DNA of 64,000 bases from an uncultured Acidimicrobiales bacterium (GCA_937976305.1 CALJSB010000013.1:8643-72642); one strand, 5' to 3'. Positions 48,454 through 57,679 are shown, numbered from the stretch's first letter. A program made the numbers and translations. Notes: generated by a model from the letters alone, not told the origin.

Positions 48454-49281
48454 TCAGGGCGCGGTGACCATCGGCAACACGTCAGAGATCGAGCCTCGTA
48501 GGACCACATCGGCCAGGTCGTCCATGTCGGTTTCGCTGCCGTTGAGGATGATCACCTTGGCCCCGTTCTGCTTGGCGACGGGCACCACGGCGGCGATTGG
48601 GAAGACGGCGAGTGTCGAGCCGATGGCGAAGAGCAGGTCACAATTCTGGGCCGCCGCCTCGGCTCGCTGGAGATCTTCGACGATCAGGTTCTGGCCGAAA
48701 CTGATCGTTGCTGATTTGAGCATGCCGTCACATTCGGGACAGGCCGGATCTTCTTCTCCCTGACGGACTCGGTCGAGGGCCACCTGCATCGGGGCTCGGT
48801 AGTCGCAGCTCAGACACACGACCTCGCGGATCGACCCGTGCACCTCGACAATTCGATCGGGGTCACTCCCTGCGGCGTGGTGCAAGCCATCGATGTTTTG
48901 CGTGATCAGCAGGCTCATCTTGCGTCGCGCCTCGAGATCGAGAAGGGCGAGATGGCCCTTGTTCGGTTCGGCGGACCACACGGGCGAATCGAGGCGCCCT
49001 CGCCAGGCCCTGACACGCACCTCTCGCTCGGCCACGTAGTTCTGCAGGGTCGCCGTCTTCTCGGCCCCCGGGTTTTTGGTCCACACGCCATTCGGACCGC
49101 GGAAGTCGGGGATGCGGCTGTCGGTCGAGATGCCGGCTCCGGTCAGCAGCACGATGCGCGACGCCTGATCGACAAGTTCTCGAGCGTCAGCGATAGCAGC
49201 CGACAGCTGTTCCGCTGCCTCGGCTGCATCACCAACACCAGTGCCATCTCGACTGCCCGTGCCATTTTGACCATCTGCCAT
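48454..49281 (-). CDS. cobB: NAD-dependent protein deacylase (sirtuin, CobB-type)
   Basis: LTGAGISTDSRIPDFRGPNGVW, QNIDGLH, HGS, and the Zn ribbon CLSC...CPEC. Confidence 0.9.
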   Translation of the reverse strand: MADGQNGTGSRDGTGVGDAAEAAEQLSAAIADARELVDQASRIVLLTGAGISTDSRIPDFRGPNGVWTKNPGAEKTATLQNYVAEREVRVRAWRGRLDSPVWSAEPNKGHLALLDLEARRKMSLLITQNIDGLHHAAGSDPDRIVEVHGSIREVVCLSCDYRAPMQVALDRVRQGEEDPACPECDGMLKSATISFGQNLIVEDLQRAEAAAQNCDLLFAIGSTLAVFPIAAVVPVAKQNGAKVIILNGSETDMDDLADVVLRGSISDVLPMVTAP

Positions 49282-49312
49282 GTCCGCATCTTCGCAGCTC
49301 TAGTCTTTCGGC

Positions 49313-50143
49313 GTGACGTCCATCGCTGACCAACTGCGCAACCGAGCTCGCGATACCGCCCATCAGGCCAAGTCGATACTGCGCGACGGTGTCCCTTCGT
49401 CGCTCCGCAACAAGGTCGGCCCGTCGGCGCAAGGCAGCGACCCTGACGCTCGTCTGATTCAGGTGCTCAACGGGCCAGACAAGAACCACCGCTACGACCT
49501 CCAGACCGCCGTGGTCATCGATCGGGTGCTGAGCGGCGACGACGTCGCGATCGACGTTGGCTGCCACGAAGGAGCCATCCTCGATCACATGCTCGCCGCG
49601 GCCCCCGGAGGTCGACATCTTGCCTTCGAGCCGCTCCCCCATCTCCACTCGGCCCTCATCCACAAGTACCGCGACACCGAGATCCACCGCCTCGCCCTTG
49701 TCGCCGAGCCTGCGGGTGATCTCGAGTTTCATCACGTCGTGTCGAACCCGGGTTACAGCGGCCTCAAGGAACGTCGTTACGACCGACCAGACGAAACCGT
49801 CGAGTTGATCTCGGTGCCGACCGCCAAGCTCGACGATCTCGCAGACGATCGCGCTCCGAAGCTGATCAAGATCGACGTTGAAGGGGCCGAACTCGGTGTC
49901 CTCCAAGGCGGAAGCGAGACCATCGGCAAGCACCGGCCGATCGTGGTGTTCGAACACGGTCTGGGCGGGAGCGACGTGTACGGCACCGACCCGAGCGACA
50001 TCGCCGCCTTCTTCGCCGAGCACGACATGGCGGTGTCGCTTCTCGGCACGTGGCTCGAAGACGGCCCGCCGCTCAGCAACGAGCAGTTCTCGGCCCAGTT
50101 CCACCAAGGGCGCAACTACTACTTTCTCGCCCACCCACGCTGA
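49313..50143 (+). CDS. FkbM-family methyltransferase
   Basis: IDVGCHEGA ... FEPLP ... LIKIDVEGAELGVLQG ... VFEHG. GTG start 31 bp from the divergent sirtuin start. Confidence 0.8.
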   Translation: MTSIADQLRNRARDTAHQAKSILRDGVPSSLRNKVGPSAQGSDPDARLIQVLNGPDKNHRYDLQTAVVIDRVLSGDDVAIDVGCHEGAILDHMLAAAPGGRHLAFEPLPHLHSALIHKYRDTEIHRLALVAEPAGDLEFHHVVSNPGYSGLKERRYDRPDETVELISVPTAKLDDLADDRAPKLIKIDVEGAELGVLQGGSETIGKHRPIVVFEHGLGGSDVYGTDPSDIAAFFAEHDMAVSLLGTWLEDGPPLSNEQFSAQFHQGRNYYFLAHPR

Positions 50144-50173
50144 GCCCGATCGAGGCCGAGACGAGCCGCTCTC

Positions 50174-50230
50174 TTGACGTATCGTTTACGTTCAATTACG
50201 TTTCTTTACGTTCGTTGCATGTGATGCAAC
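50174..50230 (+). promoter_or_regulatory. AT-rich promoter/operator: TTGACG-n17-TACGTT, four 10/11-bp-phased ACGT-core repeats, and a perfect 7-3-7 palindrome
   Basis: TGACGTA at 50175; TTACGTT at 50186, 50196 and 50206; GTTGCAT-gtg-ATGCAAC at 50214-50230. The RBS GAGAGAGG (50256-50263) lies 6 nt before the ATG at 50270. Confidence 0.5.
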
Positions 50231-50269
50231 CAAAGCATGCACCGGCGGGTGCTCCGAGAGAGGCAAAGC

Positions 50270-50713
50270 ATGACCAACCATCTCAGTATCGTTCCGACGT
50301 TTCCCGAACCACAGCTACACGTGGTGCCGTGGCCAGACGAGGTGCTCGATCACCTGGGCCATGACCCACTCAGCGACTATGTCGAGATTTTCTGGGTCTC
50401 CGTCTTGGGACCAACGTCGACGCTTCTCGTTCGGCGCTTGGCCAAACAGTTGGCGGCAAACCCCGACGGCTACACCGTGAACTGTGCCGACTGGGCCAAA
50501 GAACTCGGTATCGGCGACAAGGGCGGAAAGAACAGCCCGTTCTGGCGCAGCGTCGAGCGAGCGTGCCGGTTTGGGGCAGCCCGGCGCAATGGCGCCATCT
50601 TGGCCGTGCGTCCAAAGCTGCCGCCGCTCACGATTCGCCAGCTGAACCGGCTGCCAATCCACATGCGAACCATCCACACCGAGTGGGACGGCTCAGCCTC
50701 CCAGACTGCCTAG
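50270..50713 (+). CDS. Conserved-looking hypothetical protein (possible winged-helix/DNA-binding)
   Basis: 147 aa from the ATG at 50270, which has a good RBS (the ORF opens at 50237). Sequence LGPTSTLLVRRLAKQL ... WAKELGIGDKGGKNSPFWRSVERACRF. I cannot name a family confidently. Confidence 0.6.
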   Translation: MTNHLSIVPTFPEPQLHVVPWPDEVLDHLGHDPLSDYVEIFWVSVLGPTSTLLVRRLAKQLAANPDGYTVNCADWAKELGIGDKGGKNSPFWRSVERACRFGAARRNGAILAVRPKLPPLTIRQLNRLPIHMRTIHTEWDGSASQTA

Positions 50714-50731
50714 GACACCAGACTGCCTAGG
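50701..50731. repeat. 14-bp perfect direct repeat (CCAGACTGCCTAGG) x2, 17-bp period, spanning the stop codon
   Basis: Copies at 50701-50714 and 50718-50731. Each contains CCTAGG and a TAG. They are followed by TAGTTAGTAG between the convergent genes. Confidence 0.9.
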
Positions 50732-50734
50732 TAG

Positions 50735-52261
50735 TTAGTAGGCGCCGTCTGACTTCAGCACCGCGGGAATGGTGCGAGCCAAGATCGTCAGATCAACAAC
50801 GAGTGACCAGTTGTCGACGTAGTACAGATCGAGGCGCGTGTATTCCTCGAACGTGGTTTCGCTGCGCCCGGACACCTGCCACATGCCAGTGATACCGGGC
50901 TTCACTCGAAGACGACCATAGAGGTCCTCGTCCCAGGCAGACATCTCCGACGCCAGCGCTGGTCGTGGACCGACCAAGCTCATCTCGCCCTTGATGACGT
51001 TGAACAGCTGAGGGAGTTCGTCGAGCGAGGTCTTGCGGAGGAATGCGCCGACCTTGGTGATGCGCGGGTCATCCTTCATCTTGAAGAGCGGCCCGGCACC
51101 TTCGTTGTCTTCTTGCAACTCGGCGAGGATCTCTTCGGCGTTGATTACCATCGTGCGGAACTTCATCACATCGAACGGCTCGCCGTCCTTGCCGACTCGT
51201 GACTGCTTGAAGATCACCGGGCCCTCGCTGTCGCGCCGGACGGCGATCCAGAGCAGAGCGAGAACCGGTGAGAGGCAGAGGACACCGAGCGACGCGAGGG
51301 TGAAGTCAAAGGTTCGCTTTGCAACAGCTCGCCACCCGTGCCGCTGCACAGGTTCGACATAGACAACGGGGAAACGTCCAAGCGGTCGGACGGTGAGGCG
51401 TGATGGGTCGATGTCAGCCAGCGTCGAACTGAGCTCAACGTGGATGCCAGCCTCAATGAGATCTCGAATCAGGCGGTTGCTGTGGCGAGCCTCGATGGCG
51501 GTTGCCGCAATGACGACACCTCCGGCATCGGCGTCACGGGCCGCTTGCAGGACCCGAGTGGTGAGCTCATTGGGGTTGCCAACTCGAGTCGGATCGATTG
51601 TGTCGACAACGTCGTAGCCGAGGTGGGTCTCCTCGTCGAACATCTTGGCGAGCAACTGGCTCTCGAGATTGTCTCCGATGAGCAAGACCTGGCGCTGCAG
51701 TTCGCCCTTGGCCCGCATCGTGGCAAAACGTCGGCGCATGACTTCTCGCTCGCCGATCAAACCAATCGCTCCAAAGCTCGCGGCCACAGCCAGCCAGAGT
51801 CGGTCGACCTCCAGATCGAAGGTGAACGCAGCAGCAGCAACCGAGGCCGTGGCGAGAATGCCAGAGTCGAGAATGCGGCGGATCTCATCAGAACGCCGGG
51901 TGATGAATCGGGATGCGTAGAGCCGGAAGCGGCCCATGAACGCGGCCCACCCCACGAGCAGAATCGCTGCTCCAATCACGAAATCGCTACCGCCGGGACG
52001 AACAATAGCTGCGACCAAGAGGCCAGCAAGAGCAACAAGCAGGTCGACACCGACCTGTACCAACTTTGCCTTCGAGGCGCGCGGAGCTCGCACCGTCGGC
52101 CGAATGTTGTTGTTTACTCCACGGTCGATGACTGCCACTGATGTCGTCCCACTCTGCACCACGCTGAAAATCAGCGTTGGAGCGTGTGGACTCTCCATCG
52201 GCGCATTGCGTCGCGAAATGAAGCTGGTTGACCCAGGCCTCCCGATCTCGGCTGAGTACAA
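50735..52261 (-). CDS. Polyprenyl-phosphate glycosylphosphotransferase (large WbaP/CpsE-type initiating sugar transferase)
   Basis: N-terminal TM block, central Rossmann-like region, and a C-terminal bacterial sugar transferase domain (LDELPQLFNVIKGEMSLVGPRP ... RPGITGMWQVSGRS). The start is uncertain; an alternative ATG lies at 52198. Confidence 0.9.
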   Translation of the reverse strand: MYSAEIGRPGSTSFISRRNAPMESPHAPTLIFSVVQSGTTSVAVIDRGVNNNIRPTVRAPRASKAKLVQVGVDLLVALAGLLVAAIVRPGGSDFVIGAAILLVGWAAFMGRFRLYASRFITRRSDEIRRILDSGILATASVAAAAFTFDLEVDRLWLAVAASFGAIGLIGEREVMRRRFATMRAKGELQRQVLLIGDNLESQLLAKMFDEETHLGYDVVDTIDPTRVGNPNELTTRVLQAARDADAGGVVIAATAIEARHSNRLIRDLIEAGIHVELSSTLADIDPSRLTVRPLGRFPVVYVEPVQRHGWRAVAKRTFDFTLASLGVLCLSPVLALLWIAVRRDSEGPVIFKQSRVGKDGEPFDVMKFRTMVINAEEILAELQEDNEGAGPLFKMKDDPRITKVGAFLRKTSLDELPQLFNVIKGEMSLVGPRPALASEMSAWDEDLYGRLRVKPGITGMWQVSGRSETTFEEYTRLDLYYVDNWSLVVDLTILARTIPAVLKSDGAY

Positions 52262-52327
52262 GTGTCAGCCCGCATAGGCCAGACGGACTACGTCCCAGCC
52301 AGACGGGCTACGTCGAGACCATCGGAG

Positions 52328-53767
52328 TTACGTCCAGTTCTCGAGCATCTCCGCAAGAAGGCGAATACCGAATGCCGTACCGCCCTTGGTGATAATGCCG
52401 TCCTCTTTGTCGGACATCGCAGACAGGCCGAGGTCGATGTGGCCCCACGGCACGCCAGCCGTGAACTCTTTGAGGAACAACCCGGCAACAAGGGCACCGC
52501 CGTAGGGCCCGCTGCCGATGTTCTTGAGGTCGGCAACGTTCGAATCAAGCTGCTTGCGGTACTCGTGAGGAAGCGGGAGCCGCCACACCTTCTCGCTGGT
52601 CTTGGCCGACGCCGCTTCGAGCCGCTTGAGGAGGCTGTCGTCTGTTCCCATGATGCCCGCGTACCCCGTGCCGAGTGCTGCGGAGACGGACCCGGTGAGC
52701 GTCGCTACGTCGACGATGGCGTCTGGCTTCTTTTCAGAAGCGAGCGACAGCGCATCAGCCATCACCAGACGACCCTCTGCATCGGTGTTGAGCACCTCCA
52801 CGGTCTTGCCGTTTCGAGCCGTGAACACATCCCCCGGGCGACTGGCGTCACCGTTGATCATGTTGTCGGTCAGCGGGATGTAGGCCGTAACCGCTGCCTT
52901 CACGCCGAGAATCGGGAGCAGGGTCATCACGGCGAGCACAACGGCGCCGCCAGTCATGTCGACCTTCATCGTCATCATGCCGGTGCCCGACTTGATCGAC
53001 AGACCACCGGAGTCGAACGTGATGCCCTTGCCAACGAGCGCAACCTTGCCGGCAGCTCGCCCTTGCGGCTTGTACTCGAGGGTCAGGAATCGCGGCGGAT
53101 GGGTCGAGCCCTGATTGACCGACATGAGACCGCCGAGTCGCTCCTTCTCGATGCGCTTTTCGTCCCAAACGCTCACTTTCACACCGGTGCCCCGGCAAGC
53201 AGCCCTGGCCTTGTCGGCAAACGCTGCCGGGGTGAGCGATCCACCCGGTTCGTTGACCAGATCGCGTCCGAGCGTGACCGCCCCGACGGTCGCAACTCCT
53301 TGGTTGAAGGCAGCTCTGGTGCCAGCACCTGACGCAACAACCGACACTTTGCGCAGCGTCTGCTTTGGTTCAGTGCCCTTGAAATCGGTGAATCGGTAGG
53401 AGGCCAGGCCAACACCCTCGACGACCGCTCGAATGGCCTGGTCACTCGTGACTCGCCGCCCAGGTTTCTCAGCAAGCGTTGTTGCGACGGCCTTGTGCCT
53501 GCCCACTGACCGGACAAACGCAGCAGCGGCTCGACGTAGTTCATCGGCGCCAACCTTTGATCGGGCACCGATGCCCACCAGCACTCGAATCGGCTCATCA
53601 ACAGGCCCGGCGATCACCAACGTCTGGCCCACCTTTCCCTCAAAGCCATGCAACTCGGCCGCTCGAGCCAGTTCGGGGCTCAGCTTGTCGAGTTCGTCGC
53701 TCGCAACAACGAGATCGTGGGCGGAAGCGCTCTTGGGTACAGAGGCGGACAGGCTCAAGGTAGGCAT
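52328..53767 (-). CDS. pepA: Leucyl aminopeptidase (M17)
   Basis: VGKGITFDSGG ... MKVDMTGGA ... NTDAEGRLVMADAL. Confidence 0.95.
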   Translation of the reverse strand: MPTLSLSASVPKSASAHDLVVASDELDKLSPELARAAELHGFEGKVGQTLVIAGPVDEPIRVLVGIGARSKVGADELRRAAAAFVRSVGRHKAVATTLAEKPGRRVTSDQAIRAVVEGVGLASYRFTDFKGTEPKQTLRKVSVVASGAGTRAAFNQGVATVGAVTLGRDLVNEPGGSLTPAAFADKARAACRGTGVKVSVWDEKRIEKERLGGLMSVNQGSTHPPRFLTLEYKPQGRAAGKVALVGKGITFDSGGLSIKSGTGMMTMKVDMTGGAVVLAVMTLLPILGVKAAVTAYIPLTDNMINGDASRPGDVFTARNGKTVEVLNTDAEGRLVMADALSLASEKKPDAIVDVATLTGSVSAALGTGYAGIMGTDDSLLKRLEAASAKTSEKVWRLPLPHEYRKQLDSNVADLKNIGSGPYGGALVAGLFLKEFTAGVPWGHIDLGLSAMSDKEDGIITKGGTAFGIRLLAEMLENWT

Positions 53768-53825
53768 TTGGGCAGCATAGAATCACCCAAGGCGGTGTGG
53801 GCCGAATGTCTGGCAGACTAGTTCG

Positions 53826-55763
53826 GTGCGGGTGAGCGGCGATCAGATTCTTTCAGCACCTCGGCGTCCGGTGGCGGCAGCAGCAGCTGTCCTCATGTTG
53901 GTGGCGTCCGTCTTGGCGATCGTGTCAAGGCCCGAGCCTTCCGCGGCCGAAATCAACTCCGACAGTGAGACAAGCTGGGGTCTTCGCGATCGGGGTAATG
54001 CCACGCTGATCGGCGACTCGACGGCGCTCGGTTGGGCACTCGAACAGGTCGACAACACCATGTATGTCGGCGGCAACTTTCTCACGGTCACCAACGGATC
54101 TCGTGGCGGTGATCAGAGCTACCTCGCATCGTTCGATGCGGATACAGGCGTCTGGCAGTCGTGGTTCCAACCCAACGTGAACGGGGCGGTCTACGCCCTG
54201 CAGGCGGCACCAGACGGCGGCTTGTTTGTCGGCGGCGAGTTCAGCACATGGAACGGCGTCAACACGGGCGGCTTCGTCAAGATCGATCCCGTCACGGGCG
54301 ACCTGTGGCCGGGTTGGGCCCCCCGAGTGTCTGGCGCTCGGGCCATGGTTGTCGATATGAAGATCGAAGCAGACGGACAGCTCTACGTCGTCGGCGACTT
54401 CGGCGCGGTGTCGTCTGCTGCCGGTTCGGTGAGCGCGGCAGACGCCATCAGAATGAACCCGACGACGGGCGTCGTCGATTCATCATGGACACCGAGGTTC
54501 TCGGGCGGGGCGATCTGGGGAGTGGCCCGGAGCCGCACCCAGAACGTCACCTACTTCACCGGGCAGTTCCGCTCGGTCAACGGCAACACGAACGCGGCAG
54601 GGTTTGCCGGCGTGGACGACAGCGCGGCTGTCACCATCGGGGCCGGCATCATCGAAGAGAACAACTGTCAGTCTGCCGACCCGAATACCTGCCACTGGCA
54701 GTTCGATGTCGAGGCCACCGAATTCGGCGACGTGTGGGTTGCCGGCCTCGAACACTCCCTGCGTGTCTTCGACGAGAACAACAACTACGAGTTGAAGAAC
54801 TTCCACTACACCGCCTGCGACCCATCGCGGAACAACAACTGCTCCCCCGGCGATTGGTTTGGCGGCGACTTCCAAGAGATCGAACGGGTCGGCGATCGGA
54901 TCTACACGTCGTGCCACTGCTGGTTCGATCACTACTCCGATACCCAAACCATCGTTCATACAGAGCCGACCGGTCGCCACAGCACCATCGACTCGCTTGC
55001 CGCCTACAGCGCATCCAACACCAACCGCATCGAGAGCTTCCGACCAGTGCTGTCTGGCCGAGCCGGGGCCTGGGCGATCCATGTCAATCCGAGCGACGGT
55101 TGCCTCTGGGCCACCGGCGGCTTCTCGACCTACGGCCCGATTGGGTCACAAACTGTCGCCCGCGATCTCATCCGTCTCTGCGACGAGGCTGGTCCTGGGC
55201 CCACTGCGCAGCCCGATCCCGGACCTCCCGGGCCAACGAGCTGTGACGCTGAGCAGTCAGGCTCGACGATGACGATCGCGTGGCCGGCCGGATCCAATGT
55301 CGAGAAGGTCGTCGTTGAACGCCGAATCAACGCCGGCGGCACGTTCTTCTGGCGTGCGGCACCCGCAGGCGACACAACGACATTCTCGGAGTCGGTTCCG
55401 AACAATTCGACGGTGTATCGCATCGCGTTCTCTTACTTCTCTGGACAACGGTCGTCCTACGTCACCTGCAGCTCCGGCCCTCCAGAACCGGCCGCGTCGT
55501 GTTCGGCTCGAGTCCTGGGCTCGACCCGGGTCGAAGTCAGCTGGGTGTCTGGCGCCAATTCGTCGTCATTCAGGATCTACCGATCTGAGAACGGTGGCGC
55601 CCGCGTTGAAGACGGCTCGATTGGCGGCACCGAGTTCAGCAGCGCTGTTGTCGGCGGCAATCGGTACACCTACGACGTGGTCGCCATCTCCGGCGACGGC
55701 ATGACCAGCGCGGCCACGTCGTGTGGCACTGTTCGTGTGTCGAAGGGTTCAGCCTCCGGCTGA
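53826..55763 (+). CDS. Secreted beta-propeller repeat protein (DUF5122-like repeats) with two C-terminal Fn3-like domains
   Basis: Signal peptide AAAAVLMLVASVLAIVS. Repeated [YF]VGG.F...NG......[FL]......G.....W blades. The C-terminal region has two ~90-aa beta-rich units (TIAWPAGSNVEKVVVER..., VEVSWVSGANSSSFRIYR...). Confidence 0.6.
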   Translation: MRVSGDQILSAPRRPVAAAAAVLMLVASVLAIVSRPEPSAAEINSDSETSWGLRDRGNATLIGDSTALGWALEQVDNTMYVGGNFLTVTNGSRGGDQSYLASFDADTGVWQSWFQPNVNGAVYALQAAPDGGLFVGGEFSTWNGVNTGGFVKIDPVTGDLWPGWAPRVSGARAMVVDMKIEADGQLYVVGDFGAVSSAAGSVSAADAIRMNPTTGVVDSSWTPRFSGGAIWGVARSRTQNVTYFTGQFRSVNGNTNAAGFAGVDDSAAVTIGAGIIEENNCQSADPNTCHWQFDVEATEFGDVWVAGLEHSLRVFDENNNYELKNFHYTACDPSRNNNCSPGDWFGGDFQEIERVGDRIYTSCHCWFDHYSDTQTIVHTEPTGRHSTIDSLAAYSASNTNRIESFRPVLSGRAGAWAIHVNPSDGCLWATGGFSTYGPIGSQTVARDLIRLCDEAGPGPTAQPDPGPPGPTSCDAEQSGSTMTIAWPAGSNVEKVVVERRINAGGTFFWRAAPAGDTTTFSESVPNNSTVYRIAFSYFSGQRSSYVTCSSGPPEPAASCSARVLGSTRVEVSWVSGANSSSFRIYRSENGGARVEDGSIGGTEFSSAVVGGNRYTYDVVAISGDGMTSAATSCGTVRVSKGSASG

Positions 55764-55766
55764 CGA

Positions 55767-56675
55767 TCAGCTGCCGGGGAGCTGCTGCACAAGTTCGAGT
55801 GTCGGCGCAAACAGGTCGCCGAGTTCGTCGATCCGCTCGAGCACCTCATCGGTCTCGAAGCTCAAGACCTCGCCATCGGCACCATCGGCCACCTCGTCCC
55901 AGCTCACCGGGGTCGACACCGTCGGGTCCGTTCGGGCCCGGAGCGAATAGACGGCCGAGGTCGTCTTGTGAAGGCTGTTCTGTGACCAGTCGACGAACAC
56001 CTTCCCCACCCGGTCGGTCTTCTTCATGTTGACCACGATCCGATCTCGATGTTGCTTGGCCAACAACTGCCCCACGGCAAGGGCAAAGCTCGAAGCGTGT
56101 TCGTGCGTGTGCGCATCTGCGCCCTCGGTGTTGAGCGGCACATAGACCTGAAGCCCCTTCGATCCTGAGGTCTTGGGGAAGGCCTCGAGTCCGACGCTGT
56201 CGAGGACTTCCTGCAGCAACATCGCGACCTGACAACACTCGACAATCGTCGCCGGTGCGCCCGGGTCAAGGTCGAACACCAGCATCGTTGGGTTCTCGAG
56301 ATCATCTGCCCGAGCCATCGGCGCGTGGAGTTCGAGGGCAGCCATGTTTGCCGTCCACACCACCGCCGCCTGCTCATCCAGCACGCAGTAGTTGATGCCA
56401 CCGTTCCGGTCGCCGGGGCCGAGCGCCGTCGGCATCCACTCTGGCCGATGATCGGGGCAACGTTTCTCAAAGAACGTCGTGCCATCGATCCCATCGGGAA
56501 AGCGACGGAGCGTGATGCAACGCCCCTCGAGATGCGGAATCAACGTGGGAGCGACGCGGGCGTAGTAGTCGATGACCTGTCCCTTGGTGAATCCAGATGC
56601 CGGGTACAGAACCTTGTCGAGGTTCGACAAGCTCAGGGTGCGTCCGTCAACCTCGACTCGAATCGGCGATGCCAC
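55767..56675 (-). CDS. ligD: NHEJ DNA polymerase/primase domain protein (stand-alone LigD-Pol)
   Basis: VEVDGRTLSLSNLDKVLYP ... TKGQVIDYY ... LRRFPDGI ... FDLDP ... KTSGSKGLQVYVPL. Confidence 0.9.
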   Translation of the reverse strand: MASPIRVEVDGRTLSLSNLDKVLYPASGFTKGQVIDYYARVAPTLIPHLEGRCITLRRFPDGIDGTTFFEKRCPDHRPEWMPTALGPGDRNGGINYCVLDEQAAVVWTANMAALELHAPMARADDLENPTMLVFDLDPGAPATIVECCQVAMLLQEVLDSVGLEAFPKTSGSKGLQVYVPLNTEGADAHTHEHASSFALAVGQLLAKQHRDRIVVNMKKTDRVGKVFVDWSQNSLHKTTSAVYSLRARTDPTVSTPVSWDEVADGADGEVLSFETDEVLERIDELGDLFAPTLELVQQLPGS

Positions 56676-56721
56676 GCTGTGTACCTCGCGCCCGTTGCCG
56701 CTACCGGTCAGAAGTCAGCGA

Positions 56722-57606
56722 TCACGCCGACTTGGCTTCTGGCACATCTTCGTCTGCGGCCTTCTTCTTTGCCTTCTTTCGTTTCGCCGCCGGCTTCTTC
56801 TTGGCCGGATGGCGTTTGCGGGCTTCCTTTGCGGCGCTCACGCTTGCTTCGAGCGCGGCCAAAAGGTCGACGACGCCAGCGTCTTCGGCTGCCGACGATG
56901 CCTCGACGGTGGTGATCTCACCGGCGGCCTTCTTCTCAATCAGTTCCTTCACCTGCACCCGGAAGTTGTCTTCATATCGTTCCGGCTCGAACTCGGTGAT
57001 CAACGACTCGATCAGCTGATCGGCCATCGTTCGTTCGGCGTCGTTGATCTCGATCTCGTCGAGCTCGGCGAGGCCGGGGATCTCAGACGCATCGACGGCT
57101 TCGTCGTGGTAGATCATCGTCGACAACATCAACTTGCCGTCGACCGGCCGAACAGCGGCAAGGTACTGCTTTGTCCTCATCACGAAGTTGGCAATAGCGA
57201 CATGCCCGCTTTCCTCCATTGCCTCCGCCAGCAGGGCATACGATTTCCGAGCCAGCTCGTCTGGAACCAGGTAGTAGGCGGAGTCGTAGAAGATCGGGTC
57301 GATCTCTGACTGTTGGACGAAATCAGAGATGTCGATCGTGCGAGACGCCTTGGGGCTCAACGAAGCGAGTTCGTCGTCGCTGACAACGACATAAGAGTCT
57401 TTGGAGATCTCGTACCCCTTGACGATCTCCTCGTAGGGCACTTCCTCGCCGTCGAGGGCCGACACTCGCTTCTGCTTCACGCGAGCGTTCGTTCGCCCAT
57501 CGAGTTGGTTGAAGCGGACCGTCTGTCGGCTCACGGCCGAGTACAACTTCACCGGTATCGAGACAAGGCCAAAACTGATGGCACCGCTCCAGATGGCTCT
57601 GGGCAT
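56722..57606 (-). CDS. ku: Ku protein (NHEJ) with a lysine-rich C-terminal tail
   Basis: MPRAIWSGAISFGLVSIPVKLYSA. C-terminal tail KKKPAAKRKKAKKKAADE. The ATG at 57606 is preceded by GGAAGGAG; the ORF opens at 57663. Confidence 0.95.
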   Translation of the reverse strand: MPRAIWSGAISFGLVSIPVKLYSAVSRQTVRFNQLDGRTNARVKQKRVSALDGEEVPYEEIVKGYEISKDSYVVVSDDELASLSPKASRTIDISDFVQQSEIDPIFYDSAYYLVPDELARKSYALLAEAMEESGHVAIANFVMRTKQYLAAVRPVDGKLMLSTMIYHDEAVDASEIPGLAELDEIEINDAERTMADQLIESLITEFEPERYEDNFRVQVKELIEKKAAGEITTVEASSAAEDAGVVDLLAALEASVSAAKEARKRHPAKKKPAAKRKKAKKKAADEDVPEAKSA

Positions 57607-57679
57607 GTGCTCTCCTTCCGCTCCGACCGCAGGGCTACGTACCGTAATCCATCGACCCGACAACGCAAACGGTGAAGGT

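Noticed and set aside
47201-49281. An E1-like (ThiF) gene next to a SIR2-family gene, considered as a possible anti-phage (CBASS/Bil/Thoeris-like) pair
   Set aside because: The ThiF protein has the housekeeping MoeZ/MoeB signature plus rhodanese. The sirtuin has the full CobB-type catalytic and Zn-ribbon motifs. No cyclase, JAB, ubiquitin-like, TIR or effector gene is nearby.
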